NCBI GenBank assembly: GCA_963665325.3
Contig: OZ224045.1
Coordinates: 1,824,001-1,888,000 of the forward strand
DNA length: 64,000 nucleotides
Source of the DNA: Alphaproteobacteria bacterium
GTDB taxonomy: Bacteria; Pseudomonadota; Alphaproteobacteria; Bin95
Direction of reading: 5' to 3'
Below the pieces are notes generated by a model that made no database searches, was not told the DNA's origin, and saw only the letters and a list, made by a program, of their open reading frames with translations. Shown here piece after piece: positions 44,957 through 54,411 of this stretch (the first letter of the stretch is position 1; every line of letters starts with the position of its first letter). The position numbers and the translations under genes were made by a program.

Positions 44957-46156
44957 TCAGGCCTGCAGGACCGTTCCCTCGCGGCAAAGCCGGGCGATTT
45001 CTTTGGGCGAATAGCCGAGCAGTTCCGCAAGGCAGGCTTCTGTGTGCTCGCCGAGCAACGGCGCCCCGGCCGGGGGCCGCACCGGCGTTCCGGAAAGCGA
45101 TACCGGCGAGCGAACAGCCCGCACCTCGCCCAGCGCGCTGTGCGCCTGCGTCACGACCATGCCGCGCAGCTCCATCTCCTCTGACGCGAAGGCTTCCGCC
45201 ACACTGCGCACCGGTCCGCCGGGAATGCCTGCGGCCCGCATGCGCGCGATCCAGCCGTCCCGCGTATCGGCTTTGAGGATGCCGTTCATGGCTGCCGTCA
45301 ATGCTTCGCGGTTCTCCATGCGCGCGGCGTTGGTGGCGAAGGCGGGGTCGTCCGCGAGACCGGGGCGGTGGAAGACCTCTACGGCCAGGCGCCGGAACAG
45401 GCGGTCGGTCGTCACCGCAATCATCACCGGGCCGTCCGAGGCCTCGAACAGGCCGGCCGGCATGGCGACCAGGTTGGAATTGCCCGGCCGGCCGATATCG
45501 ACCCCACCCTCCAGCCAGGCGGTCGCGGCATGGGAGGTCATGGCGACGGCGGTGTCGAACAGCGGCACGTCGATGCGCTGGCCCCGGCCGGTGCGCTCGC
45601 GGGCGACCAGGGCCGCCAGCACCGCCTGTGCGGCATACATGCCGGCCATGATGTCCACCAGCGAGACGCCGGTGCGCATCGGCGGGCCGTCGGGTTCGCC
45701 GGTGAGCGACATGAGGCCGCTCTCGCCCTGCGCCACCGGGTCGTAGCCGGGCCTGTCCGCGAGCGCGCCGCTGCGCCCGTAGCCAGAAACCGAGCAATAG
45801 ACGAGGCGAGGATTCTCCGCCGCCAGCGCCTCATATCCGAGGCCGCGCCGGTCGAGCGCGCCGGTGCGGGCATTCTCCAGTAGCACGTCGGAAATGCGCG
45901 CGAGCCCGCGCACGATCTCGGCGCCCTCGGGCTTGGTGAGATCGACGGCGATGCTCTTCTTGTTGCGGTTGACGGTCAGGAAATAGGTCGAATGGCCGTC
46001 CCGGGCGGGAGAAAGGAAGCTGCGCGTGTCGTCGCCGCCGGCCGGGTTCTCGACCTTGAGCACCTCCGCGCCGAGGTCGGCGAGCTGCATCGTGCACCAG
46101 GGGCCGGACAGCACGCGGGTCAGATCGACGACGCGAATGCCTGCAAGAGCGGTCAC
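44957..46156 (-). CDS. Class III CoA-transferase (CaiB/BaiF)
   Basis: DLTRVLSGP..LADLGAEV.KVE..GDDTR, NRNKKS, GYDPVAQ. Confidence 0.92.
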   Translation of the reverse strand: MTALAGIRVVDLTRVLSGPWCTMQLADLGAEVLKVENPAGGDDTRSFLSPARDGHSTYFLTVNRNKKSIAVDLTKPEGAEIVRGLARISDVLLENARTGALDRRGLGYEALAAENPRLVYCSVSGYGRSGALADRPGYDPVAQGESGLMSLTGEPDGPPMRTGVSLVDIMAGMYAAQAVLAALVARERTGRGQRIDVPLFDTAVAMTSHAATAWLEGGVDIGRPGNSNLVAMPAGLFEASDGPVMIAVTTDRLFRRLAVEVFHRPGLADDPAFATNAARMENREALTAAMNGILKADTRDGWIARMRAAGIPGGPVRSVAEAFASEEMELRGMVVTQAHSALGEVRAVRSPVSLSGTPVRPPAGAPLLGEHTEACLAELLGYSPKEIARLCREGTVLQA

Positions 46157-46189
46157 GGGAGCCGGTCCTTTCTTCTTGCGGGGCGGAGT

Positions 46190-46999
46190 TCAGGAATACA
46201 CCCAGGCGAGCAGCAGCCCGCCGAGCACGACCCGATAGACGACGAAGGGGGTGAAGCTCGACCGGGCGAGCCAGCGCATCATCGCGGCTATCGCCGCCAG
46301 GGCGGCCGCGAAGGCGAGCAGGGCCGCGAGAACTGCTGCCGCGGCAATCGAGGGATCGCCCGTTCGCACGAGGTCGCGGGCCGTCCACAACCCGGCGCCC
46401 AGAATGACCGGGATCGAGAGCAGCAGGGCGAAACGCGCCGCTTCGGCCCGCTCGAAGCCAAGCGCCAGCGCTGCCGTCATGGTGATGCCGGAGCGGCTGA
46501 CGCCCGGCACGAGCGCGAGGACCTGCGCCGCGCCGATGGCGAGCGCATGGGGCAGGCGCAGCGAGTCGAGCCGCTTCGTCCGCCGGCCCCGGCGGTCGGC
46601 GGCCCAGAGAACCAGGCCGAACCCGAGCGTCGTCCAGGCGATGACCTCGATGCTCCGCGCCTCTGCGGCGACGGTGTCCTTCAGGAGCGCACCGGCGGCC
46701 GCGACCGGAACGGCGGCCGCCGCCACCTGCCAGCCGAGCGCCCAGCCCTCCGGCCGGGGGCCGGCAAGCCCGGCGAGGCCCGCCCGGACTAGGCGGGCAA
46801 TATCGCGGCGGAAATAGACCAGCACGGCCCCGAGGGTGCCGAGATGGACGGCGACATCGAGCACGAGCGCGGCGGCTTCCTCCGGGCGGTACTCCCCATA
46901 GGCCGCGTGGACGAGCACCAGGTGCGCCGAGGAACTGACCGGCAGGAACTCGGTAATGCCCTGGACGAGCGCGAGAAGGACGATGAGCAAGAACGGCAA
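46190..46999 (-). CDS. uppP: Undecaprenyl-diphosphate phosphatase
   Basis: VQGITEFLPVSSSAHL, PGVSRSGIT, FVVYR; start uncertain (TTG at 46999). Confidence 0.92.
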   Translation of the reverse strand: MPFLLIVLLALVQGITEFLPVSSSAHLVLVHAAYGEYRPEEAAALVLDVAVHLGTLGAVLVYFRRDIARLVRAGLAGLAGPRPEGWALGWQVAAAAVPVAAAGALLKDTVAAEARSIEVIAWTTLGFGLVLWAADRRGRRTKRLDSLRLPHALAIGAAQVLALVPGVSRSGITMTAALALGFERAEAARFALLLSIPVILGAGLWTARDLVRTGDPSIAAAAVLAALLAFAAALAAIAAMMRWLARSSFTPFVVYRVVLGGLLLAWVYS

Positions 47000-47088
47000 G
47001 GGCGGTCCGGGTCCGGAGGGTCGACGACGGGATATAGCACTGCCGGACGGTTGCGGGTTAAAGTGGCGCATCGATTCAGGGGGCGTAT

Positions 47089-47757
47089 ATGGCGACCCTG
47101 CTTCACCTGCCGCTTTCGCCCTATTGCCGCAAGGTGCGCATCGCTCTGGGCGAGCTCAATATCCCGTTCGCGCTGGAGGAGGAGCCCGTCTGGGAACGGC
47201 GCGAGGCCTTCGTTGCGCTCAACCCGGCGGCAACGGTGCCGGTGCTGCTGCTGGACGACGGCTATGCCCTGGCCGAGAGCCAGGCCATCGTGGAATATCT
47301 GGAGGACACGGCCGAGGCGCCGTTCCTGATGGGCAAGGGCGCGAAGCTGCGGGCGGAAATCCGCCGGCTCGCCCTCTGGTTCGATAACAAGTTCGGCTCC
47401 GAGGTGACCGACTATCTCTACCGGGAGCGGATCATGAAGCGGATGGCGGGGCACGGGCCGCCGAACTCGGAATTCGTTCGCGCCGGCGTCCTCAACCTTG
47501 AGCAGCACCTCCGCTATGTCGACACGCTTCTGGAGGCGCGTCACTGGCTGGCGGGCGACGGGTTCTCGCTGGCGGATATCGCCGCAGGCGCGCATCTCTC
47601 CTCGCTCGACTATATGGGCGCGGTTCCCTGGTCCGACCATCCGCCGGCGCATGAATGGTATGCGCGTTTCAAGTCCCGCCCGTCGGTCCGCCCGCTGCTC
47701 TCCGACCGGGTGCCGGGCTGGCGGCCGGCCCCCCATTACGCCGACCTCGACTTTTGA
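47089..47757 (+). CDS. fzlA: GST-fold FtsZ-binding protein FzlA-like
   Basis: LNPAATVPVL, WFDNKF..EV, SLADIAAGAHLS, KSRPS.RPLL.D and C-terminal HYADLDF as in alphaproteobacterial FzlA. Confidence 0.8.
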   Translation: MATLLHLPLSPYCRKVRIALGELNIPFALEEEPVWERREAFVALNPAATVPVLLLDDGYALAESQAIVEYLEDTAEAPFLMGKGAKLRAEIRRLALWFDNKFGSEVTDYLYRERIMKRMAGHGPPNSEFVRAGVLNLEQHLRYVDTLLEARHWLAGDGFSLADIAAGAHLSSLDYMGAVPWSDHPPAHEWYARFKSRPSVRPLLSDRVPGWRPAPHYADLDF

Positions 47758-47776
47758 CCGGCAGGGCCGGAGACCG

Positions 47777-48592
47777 GTGAGGCTCTTCGTCCACGGGCTC
47801 GGCTATTCCGCCGAACGCCTTGCGCTCCGGCTGGCGGCGGAGGGCTGGGAGATTGCCGGCACGACGCGCGAGGCGGAGAAGGCGGCGCGCTTCGCGGCGC
47901 GCGGCTGGAACCGGTTCGACAGACGGCAAGCGACGCATCTCCTTTTCTCCGCGCCGCCGGGCGAATCGGGCGATCCCTTCCTGCCGGGCTTCGAGCCGCC
48001 GCCGCGGCTCGTATGGGCGGGCTATCTCTCGACCACCGGCGTTTACGGCGACCGGGGCGGCGGCTGGGTGAACGAGGAAAGTCCGCTCCTGCCGACGGGA
48101 GGGCGGGGCCGCCGGCGGGTGGAGGCCGAATCCGCCTGGACGGCGCGCGGCCTGCCGCTGCATGTGTTCCGGATCGCGGGAATTTACGGGCCGGGCCGCA
48201 ATGCGTTGGCGGCCGCCCGCGCCGGGCGGGCGCGGCGGATCGTCAAGCCGGGCCAGGTGTTCTCCCGTATCCATGTCGATGACATCGCGGCGGCGCTGGC
48301 CGCTTCCATCGCGCGCCCCAATCCCGGCCGCGCCTACAATCTCGCCGACGACAGGCCGGCCCCGCCCTCGGAAGTAACCGAGTTCGCCTGCCGCCTGCTG
48401 GACCTGCCGCCGCCCCCGGCCGAGCCCTTCGAGGCCGCCCGACTCTCGCCCATGGCCGCAAGCTTCTACCGCGACAGCAAACGCGTCTCCAACGCCCGCA
48501 TCAAGGCCGAACTCGGCGTCCGCTTGCGCTACCCGGGCTACCGGGAGGGCCTGCGGGCGCTGCTTGAGGCGGGGGAGGGGATGCCGGCATGA
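47777..48592 (+). CDS. Atypical SDR / NAD-dependent epimerase
   Basis: GLGYSA, YLSTTGVYGD, GIYGPGR, FSRIHVDDI, KRVSN. Confidence 0.88.
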   Translation: MRLFVHGLGYSAERLALRLAAEGWEIAGTTREAEKAARFAARGWNRFDRRQATHLLFSAPPGESGDPFLPGFEPPPRLVWAGYLSTTGVYGDRGGGWVNEESPLLPTGGRGRRRVEAESAWTARGLPLHVFRIAGIYGPGRNALAAARAGRARRIVKPGQVFSRIHVDDIAAALAASIARPNPGRAYNLADDRPAPPSEVTEFACRLLDLPPPPAEPFEAARLSPMAASFYRDSKRVSNARIKAELGVRLRYPGYREGLRALLEAGEGMPA

Positions 48593-48624
48593 GATTGTCG
48601 CGGCAGACCTGTGCGCTCTCGCCG

Positions 48625-48822
48625 CCTTTGTTCTTCCGCGATTGGTATACCGAGGCTTGACGGACTATCCCGGTGAACCGCGCCCGCCCGCGCGCGACAC
48701 GCGCAGCAAAGGAGGGCTGCGCCGGGGAGGCGGCCGCGCGGCTGAGATGGAACGAAACGCGATGGAGGAATGGTATCCAAGATGCGGGGTATGACAGAAA
48801 GAAACATTTCATGACGCATCGC
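48625..48822 (+). repeat. Intergenic element family, copy C (divergent, opposite orientation)
   Basis: GAACCGCGCCCGCCCGCGCGCGACACGCGCAGCAAAGG resembles the reverse complement of 53403-53461 and 58798-58854. ATGACA/GAAACA/ATGACG boxes at 48791, 48801 and 48811. Confidence 0.5.
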
Positions 48823-48914
48823 AAGGGGGCCCGAATTTGTAACTCCTGATGACATCGCCGCGCGTCTCGATGAATATAGACCCCGACAGGCCCGAACAGC
48901 GAACCGGAGGCGTC

Positions 48915-49898
48915 ATGACTCTCAATGCCGAGCTCAGCCGCAGGATCTACACGGACATGTGGCGAATCCGCCTCTTCGAGGAGGAGGCTCTGCGCCAGAC
49001 CAACCTCGGCTCCGTGAAAGGAACGCTGCACACCTATTGCGGCGAGGAAGCGATCGCGGTCGCGGTATGCGCGCATCTGCGCGACGACGACTATGTGCTG
49101 GGCACCCATCGCAGCCACGGGCACTGCCTCGCCAAGGGCGCGCCGATGGACCGCATGATGGCGGAGCTGTTCGGGCGCACGACCGGCAGCTGCCGCGCCA
49201 AAGGCGGGTCCATGCACATCGCGGACTTCTCCCGCAACATCCTCGGCGCTAACGGCATCGTCGCCGGCGGCATCGGCCCCGGCACCGGCACGGCGCTCGC
49301 CAGCAAAATCCGCAAGAGTGACCAGGTGTCGGTCGTGTTCTTTGGCGACGGCGCGGCGGCGCGCGGCCCCTTTCATGAGGGTCTCCTGTTCGGTTCGCTC
49401 TGGAAGCTGCCGGTTATCTATGTCTGCGAGAACAACGGCTACCAGCAATGGGTGCCGCGCAGGAATGTCGCCGTGGTGGACTCGGTGGCCGACATGGCGG
49501 CGTCCTACGCCATTCCCGGCGTCTCGGTGGACGGGCAGGACCTGGAGGCGGTCTATGGCGCGGCGGAAGAGGCGGTCGCCCGCGCGCGGCGAGGCGAGGG
49601 CCCGACGCTGATCGAGGCGCGCACCTACCGCTTCTACGGCCACAGCCTGGGCGACATGGAGGAATACCGCTCGCGAGAGGAAGTCGACGACTGGCGCGAG
49701 AACCGCGACCCCATCAAGCTGTTCAGCGCGTGGATGAAGGAGCGCCAGTGGCTCGGCGACGACGAGGACGAGGCGATCCAGACGGAGGTGAAGGCGGAGA
49801 TCGTCAGGTCCGTGGCCTTCGCCGAGGAAAGCCCGCTGCCGAGCCCGGAGGACGTCATGACCGACGTGCTGGATGACGAATGGAGGGTTTCGGCATGA
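48915..49898 (+). CDS. TPP-dependent 2-oxoacid/acetoin dehydrogenase E1 alpha
   Basis: HRSHGH, KGGSMH, FFGDGA..ENN, TYRFYGH. Confidence 0.93.
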   Translation: MTLNAELSRRIYTDMWRIRLFEEEALRQTNLGSVKGTLHTYCGEEAIAVAVCAHLRDDDYVLGTHRSHGHCLAKGAPMDRMMAELFGRTTGSCRAKGGSMHIADFSRNILGANGIVAGGIGPGTGTALASKIRKSDQVSVVFFGDGAAARGPFHEGLLFGSLWKLPVIYVCENNGYQQWVPRRNVAVVDSVADMAASYAIPGVSVDGQDLEAVYGAAEEAVARARRGEGPTLIEARTYRFYGHSLGDMEEYRSREEVDDWRENRDPIKLFSAWMKERQWLGDDEDEAIQTEVKAEIVRSVAFAEESPLPSPEDVMTDVLDDEWRVSA

Positions 49899-50866
49899 GG
49901 ACCATCGCGCTGCGCGACGCGCTCCGGGAAGCGTTGCATGAGGAAATGGCCCGCGATGACAGCGTGTTCGTCATCGGCGAGGACGTGATCGCGCATGGCG
50001 GCCCCTACACCGTCACCCAGGGCATCGTGGACAAGTGGCCGGAGCGCATCTTCGAGACGCCGATTGCCGAGGCGGGCATAGTCGGTCTCGGCGTCGGCGC
50101 CGCACTCGCCGGCATGCGCCCGGTGGTCGAGATCATGTATGTCGATTTCATCACCTGCGCGATGGACGAGGTCGTCAACCAGGCGGCCAAGATGCGCTAC
50201 ATGACCGGCGGGCAGGCGAGCGTGCCCATCGTCATTCGCCTGCCTTGCGGCCCGGCCCGGCTGGTAGCGGCCCAGCATTCGCAGATCATGGAATCCTGGT
50301 TCATGCATGTGCCGGGCCTCCAGGTGGTGGCCCCGAGCACGCCCTACGATGCCAAGGGCCTGATGAAGACGGCGATCCGGAGCCCCGACCCGGTGGCGTT
50401 CTTCGAATACAAGGCGCTCTATGTGAGCGAGGGCGAGGTGCCGGAGGAGGACTATGTGATCCCGTTCGGCAAGGCCGACATCAAGCGGGAAGGCGAGGAC
50501 GCCACGGTCGTTGCCATCGGCGGCATGGTGCCCCGCGCGCTGGAAGCGGGCATCGCGCTTGAGGACGAGGGCTACGACATCGAGGTCGTGGACCCGAGGA
50601 CGCTTGCCCCGCTCGACATGGAGACGATCTGCGAATCCGTGCGTCGGACGGGCCGCGTGGTGGTCTGCGAGATGGACTCCTCCTTCGCCGGCACCGGCGC
50701 AGAGATCGCTGCGGCGCTCGCCGAGCAGTGCTTTCACGATTTGCGCGCGCCGATCGTGCGGGTCGGCAGCCCGCATGTGCCGATGCCGTTCGCCGAGGAA
50801 CTGGTGAACGTCACCGTGCCCGATGCCAAGGCAGTCGCGAAGGCGGTGCGGAAGGTCATGGCCTGA
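49895..50866 (+). CDS. 2-oxoacid/acetoin dehydrogenase E1 beta
   Basis: GEDV, TPIAE, AAQHSQ, DPRTLAPLD. Confidence 0.93.
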   Translation: MRTIALRDALREALHEEMARDDSVFVIGEDVIAHGGPYTVTQGIVDKWPERIFETPIAEAGIVGLGVGAALAGMRPVVEIMYVDFITCAMDEVVNQAAKMRYMTGGQASVPIVIRLPCGPARLVAAQHSQIMESWFMHVPGLQVVAPSTPYDAKGLMKTAIRSPDPVAFFEYKALYVSEGEVPEEDYVIPFGKADIKREGEDATVVAIGGMVPRALEAGIALEDEGYDIEVVDPRTLAPLDMETICESVRRTGRVVVCEMDSSFAGTGAEIAAALAEQCFHDLRAPIVRVGSPHVPMPFAEELVNVTVPDAKAVAKAVRKVMA

Positions 50867-52035
50867 TGGCGGTCCGTCTCAGGCTCGCCGCGCTCGGCCA
50901 CACCATGGAGCGCGGCAAGGTCGTGGAGTGGTATGCGACCGAAGGCGCTCCGGTCGAACAGGGCGCGCCGCTCTATTCCGTCGAGACCGACAAGGCGACG
51001 GTCGATGTCGAGGCGCCGGCCGGCGGCGTGCTGCTGCGCATCGACGCCGATGTGGACCGGGAATACCCGGTCGGCGCCACGCTCGCCTGGATCGGCGAGA
51101 GCGGCGAGGACCTGCCGGAGAAGACGGACGAAACGGTCGCCGCGCCGGCGGCAGTATCGGACGACCAGCGGGTGACGCCCGTCGCGCGGCGTCTTGCGGA
51201 GCGGCGCGGCGTGGACGCCGACCGCTTGGCAGGCACCGGCCCCGGCGGGCGCGTCACCAAGGAAGACGTGCAGCGCGCCACCGACGCGGGCACCGCGCCG
51301 CCGCTGGAGAAGAAGGCGTCCGGCGAGCCCGAGCACGATGTCATCCCGCTGACCCCCATTCGGCGGGTGACGGCCGAGCGCCTCAGCGCCCATTGGGCCG
51401 GCGCGCCGCAGGTGACGGAAGGCATCGACATCGACATGACCGACATGCGCGCCTTCCGCAATGCCAGCCGCAGCGAATGGCGCACCGCCTACGGCCTCGT
51501 CCCCTCGCTCAACGACATCCTGCTGAAGGCGGTCGCGGCCGCGCTGGAGGCGCATCCGGCACTCAACTCGGCCTTCGTCGATGGCGAGGTCCACCGCTAT
51601 CGGGAGGTCAATCTGGGTGTGGCGGTCGATGTCGAGGACGGGCTGGTGGTGCCGGTGCTGCGCAATGCTGCAAAGCTCGGCCTCGGCCAGATCGCGACCG
51701 CCGCAGCCGATCTCGCCGAGCGAGCCAAGACGGGCAAGCTCTCCGTGCCGGATTTCGAGGGCGCGACCTTCACGGTCAGCAACCTGGCGGCGCTCGGCGT
51801 GGACTGGTTCACCCCGGTGCTGAACCCGCCGCAATGCGCCATCCTCGGCGTCGGCAGGATGCGGCGCATGCCCGCCGTCGTGCGGAACGAGGTCGCGGTC
51901 CGCGATATCGCCACTTTCGTTCTCACCTTCGACCACCGCGCGCTCGACGGCGCCCCCGCCGCCCGCTTCCTCGCAAGGCTCAAGCGCCTGCTGGAATCGC
52001 CGGATCCGTCGCTGTTCTCCGGGCCAGGCGGTTAA
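50866..52035 (+). CDS. Dihydrolipoamide acyltransferase E2
   Basis: Lipoyl ETDKA, GTGPGGRVTKEDV, DHRALDG. Confidence 0.92.
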   Translation: MAVRLRLAALGHTMERGKVVEWYATEGAPVEQGAPLYSVETDKATVDVEAPAGGVLLRIDADVDREYPVGATLAWIGESGEDLPEKTDETVAAPAAVSDDQRVTPVARRLAERRGVDADRLAGTGPGGRVTKEDVQRATDAGTAPPLEKKASGEPEHDVIPLTPIRRVTAERLSAHWAGAPQVTEGIDIDMTDMRAFRNASRSEWRTAYGLVPSLNDILLKAVAAALEAHPALNSAFVDGEVHRYREVNLGVAVDVEDGLVVPVLRNAAKLGLGQIATAAADLAERAKTGKLSVPDFEGATFTVSNLAALGVDWFTPVLNPPQCAILGVGRMRRMPAVVRNEVAVRDIATFVLTFDHRALDGAPAARFLARLKRLLESPDPSLFSGPGG

Positions 52036-52066
52036 CACGCACCGCATGCGGCCCTCGCGCTGAACG

Positions 52067-53098
52067 ATGCGGGCGAAGCAGCTAATCCACATTGTGAGCT
52101 GCCATGCTGAGGGTGAGGTGGGGGATGTCATCGTGGGCGGGGTGGCGCCGCCGCCGGGGGCAACGCTCTGGCAGCAGAGCCGGTTCATCGCGGAGGATGG
52201 CTGGCTGCGCGACGTGGTGCTGAACGAGCCGCGCGGCGGCGTCTTCCGCCATGTGAACCTGCTTGTGCCGCCGAAGGACCCGGCCGCGGCCATGGGCTTC
52301 ATCGTCATGGAGCCGGCCGACACGCCGCCCATGTCCGGCTCCAACGCCATATGCGTCGCGACGGTGCTGCTGGAGACCGGCATCGTGGCGATGGAGGAGC
52401 CGGAAACCCGCTTCCTGCTGGAGGCGCCGGGCGGGCCGGTCGAGGTCGTGGCGTCCTGCTGCGACGGCAAAGCGGAGCGGGTGCGGATACGCAACGTCCC
52501 CTCTTTCGCCGACCGCCTCGACGCGCCGCTCGAAGTCGAGGGCCTCGGCACGCTCAAGGTCGATACCGCCTATGGCGGCGACAGCTATGCCATCGTGGAT
52601 GCCCACGCACTCGGCTTCGCGCTCCGCCCGGACGAGGCGCGCGACCTCGCTGCCACCGGCATGCGTATCGTGCGGGCAGCAAACGAGCAGATCGGCTTCC
52701 GCCATCCCGAGCAGGCGGACTGGGCGCATATCTCCTTCTGCCAGTTTGCCGCCCCGCTCCAGTATCGCGAGGGCGTTCCGCACGGCCGCAATGCTGTCGC
52801 CATCCGGCCCGGCAAGATCGACCGCTCGCCCTGCGGCACCGGCTGTTCCGCCCGGCTCGCAACCCTGCATGCAAGGGGCGTTCTCGGCACGGGCGACGCC
52901 TTTGTCGGCGTGTCTCTCATCGACTCCCGCTTCGACTGCCGGATCGAAAGCGAGACGACGGTGGGCGGCCGCCCCGCCATCCTGCCCTCGCTCGCCGGCC
53001 GCGCCTGGATCACCGGCACGCACCAGGTCACGGTCGATCCCGACGATCCCTGGCCGCGCGGCTACCGCCTCAGCGACACCTGGCCGGACTATTGCTGA
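52067..53098 (+). CDS. Proline racemase superfamily protein (Ser/Cys active-site pair)
   Basis: [24 protein letters not shown]. Confidence 0.9.
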   Translation: MRAKQLIHIVSCHAEGEVGDVIVGGVAPPPGATLWQQSRFIAEDGWLRDVVLNEPRGGVFRHVNLLVPPKDPAAAMGFIVMEPADTPPMSGSNAICVATVLLETGIVAMEEPETRFLLEAPGGPVEVVASCCDGKAERVRIRNVPSFADRLDAPLEVEGLGTLKVDTAYGGDSYAIVDAHALGFALRPDEARDLAATGMRIVRAANEQIGFRHPEQADWAHISFCQFAAPLQYREGVPHGRNAVAIRPGKIDRSPCGTGCSARLATLHARGVLGTGDAFVGVSLIDSRFDCRIESETTVGGRPAILPSLAGRAWITGTHQVTVDPDDPWPRGYRLSDTWPDYC

Positions 53099-53179
53099 GC
53101 GGCGTGGCCGTAGAGACCCCCCGCAGATGTCATGAATTGTCATGTTTTGCATGCGCCGGGCGTATATTCCGTAGTCGTT

Positions 53180-53359
53180 TCAGGCATGAAGCTGTCCGCT
53201 CTTCGGCTTCCTCCCGCTTGCATTCACCGTCGCCCCGGCTTCCGAGCCGGAGCCCCCGCTTCCGACGCCGTCGAGACAGCGGGCGAGGGCTTCGGCGGCA
53301 GGCGCCAGCCTTGCGGCCAGCTTCGCCGCCAGTCCGGGGCGGGGGTCGGTTGCGGTCAT
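53180..53359 (-). CDS. Putative 59-aa small protein inside copy A
   Basis: AAGGAAGAGGAGA SD upstream of ATG; MTATDPRPGLAAKLAARLAPAAEALARCLDGVG... Confidence 0.35.
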   Translation of the reverse strand: MTATDPRPGLAAKLAARLAPAAEALARCLDGVGSGGSGSEAGATVNASGRKPKSGQLHA

Positions 53360-53611
53360 CGGGTCTCCTCTTCCTTGTCGGTCCGGGAGCGGGCCGGCGG
53401 TTCCCTTTGCCGCGCGCGTTTCGCGCGCGGGCGTGCGTGCGCGTCGGCGCCGGCGCGGTTCGCGCGCCTGATTGCGCGCGCGAGGCGCAGGGCGCACCTT
53501 TCCTGTCGGCTTCTCGGGGGGTTTCAAAAAGGTGGCGCTGCGCAGCACCGGGGAAGCGGCTCCGGATGCCGCCTTCCCGATACCAGTCTAACACATTTTC
53601 TCACAGATCAA

Positions 53612-53637
53612 GAACATTAAGTGAACAATACAAGAAA
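53612..53637. promoter_or_regulatory. Alphaproteobacterial LexA (SOS) box with a third half-site
   Basis: GAAC-ATTAAGT-GAAC-AATACAA-GAAA in an AT-rich patch; extended -10-like TGTTAGACT on the minus strand at 53585-53593. Confidence 0.7.
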
Positions 53638-53750
53638 ATTCTAAAATGTCCCGTTCAAGCCGAACACCAGCCCCGAATTCGTCGCCCCGGCTTCCACGGG
53701 AACCTGGGTCCTCGCCGCTCGGGGGCGGGGACAGGTGGGCGCCGGGGCGG

Positions 53751-54368
53751 CTATTGCGGACCGGTCTCCCGTCCGAGCAGCAGGCGGAGGCCGAGGCCGC
53801 CGAGGATGAGGGCGGCGGCGCGGTCGATATATCGTTTCGCGCGCATATAGCGTCTCGCGACGGCCTCCGTGCTCATGCAGAAGGCGAGCGCCGAATAGAA
53901 GACGACTTCCACGAGGAAGTGATTGGCGACGATGAACGCGCTGTCCCCGACGCCGAGGCCGGCCGGAAACACGGTGACGAGGACGGCGGCCGCGAAGAGC
54001 ACGGACTTCGGGTTGAGCAGGTTCACCAGGAAGCCTTGCCGGAAGGCGCGCTTCGCCGGCGCGGCTCTCGCCTCCGCCGGTGCGGACGAGTCCCTCCACA
54101 TCCGCCAGGCGAGCCAGATGAGATAGGCGGCGCCTGCGATCTTTGCCGCCGTATGGACCGCCGGGAACAGCCGGAAGACAGCGCCAAGGCCGAGCAGCGC
54201 CATTCCGGTCCACGCCGCCGCCATGGCGCCGAGGCCGATGCCAACCGCGACCCCCGCCCTTCGTCCCGCGCTCAGCGAGGTCTGCACCGCCATCAGCAGC
54301 GCCGGCCCCGGACTGGCGATCGCGGCCGCCAGCACGAGGTTGAAGGCAAGTATCTGTTCCAGCGTCAT
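53751..54368 (-). CDS. LysE/RhtB-family exporter
   Basis: SPGPA, GAAYLIWL, NLLNPK. Confidence 0.9.
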   Translation of the reverse strand: MTLEQILAFNLVLAAAIASPGPALLMAVQTSLSAGRRAGVAVGIGLGAMAAAWTGMALLGLGAVFRLFPAVHTAAKIAGAAYLIWLAWRMWRDSSAPAEARAAPAKRAFRQGFLVNLLNPKSVLFAAAVLVTVFPAGLGVGDSAFIVANHFLVEVVFYSALAFCMSTEAVARRYMRAKRYIDRAAALILGGLGLRLLLGRETGPQ

Positions 54369-54411
54369 GCGCCTTCCCTTTGCCGGTCCGACGGTGCCGC
54401 ATCCTTTGCGG

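Larger units (their letters stand above)
53124..53645 (-). repeat. Intergenic element family, copy A
   Basis: TGTCATG at 53128 and 53138; 29-bp block 53447-53475; 16-bp block 53483-53498; hairpin 53551-53578; LexA box 53612-53626. Confidence 0.75.

Noticed and set aside
53128-53153. Pho box interpretation of the TGTCAT repeats
   Set aside because: The period is 10 bp rather than 11 bp, and no phosphate-related gene lies downstream.
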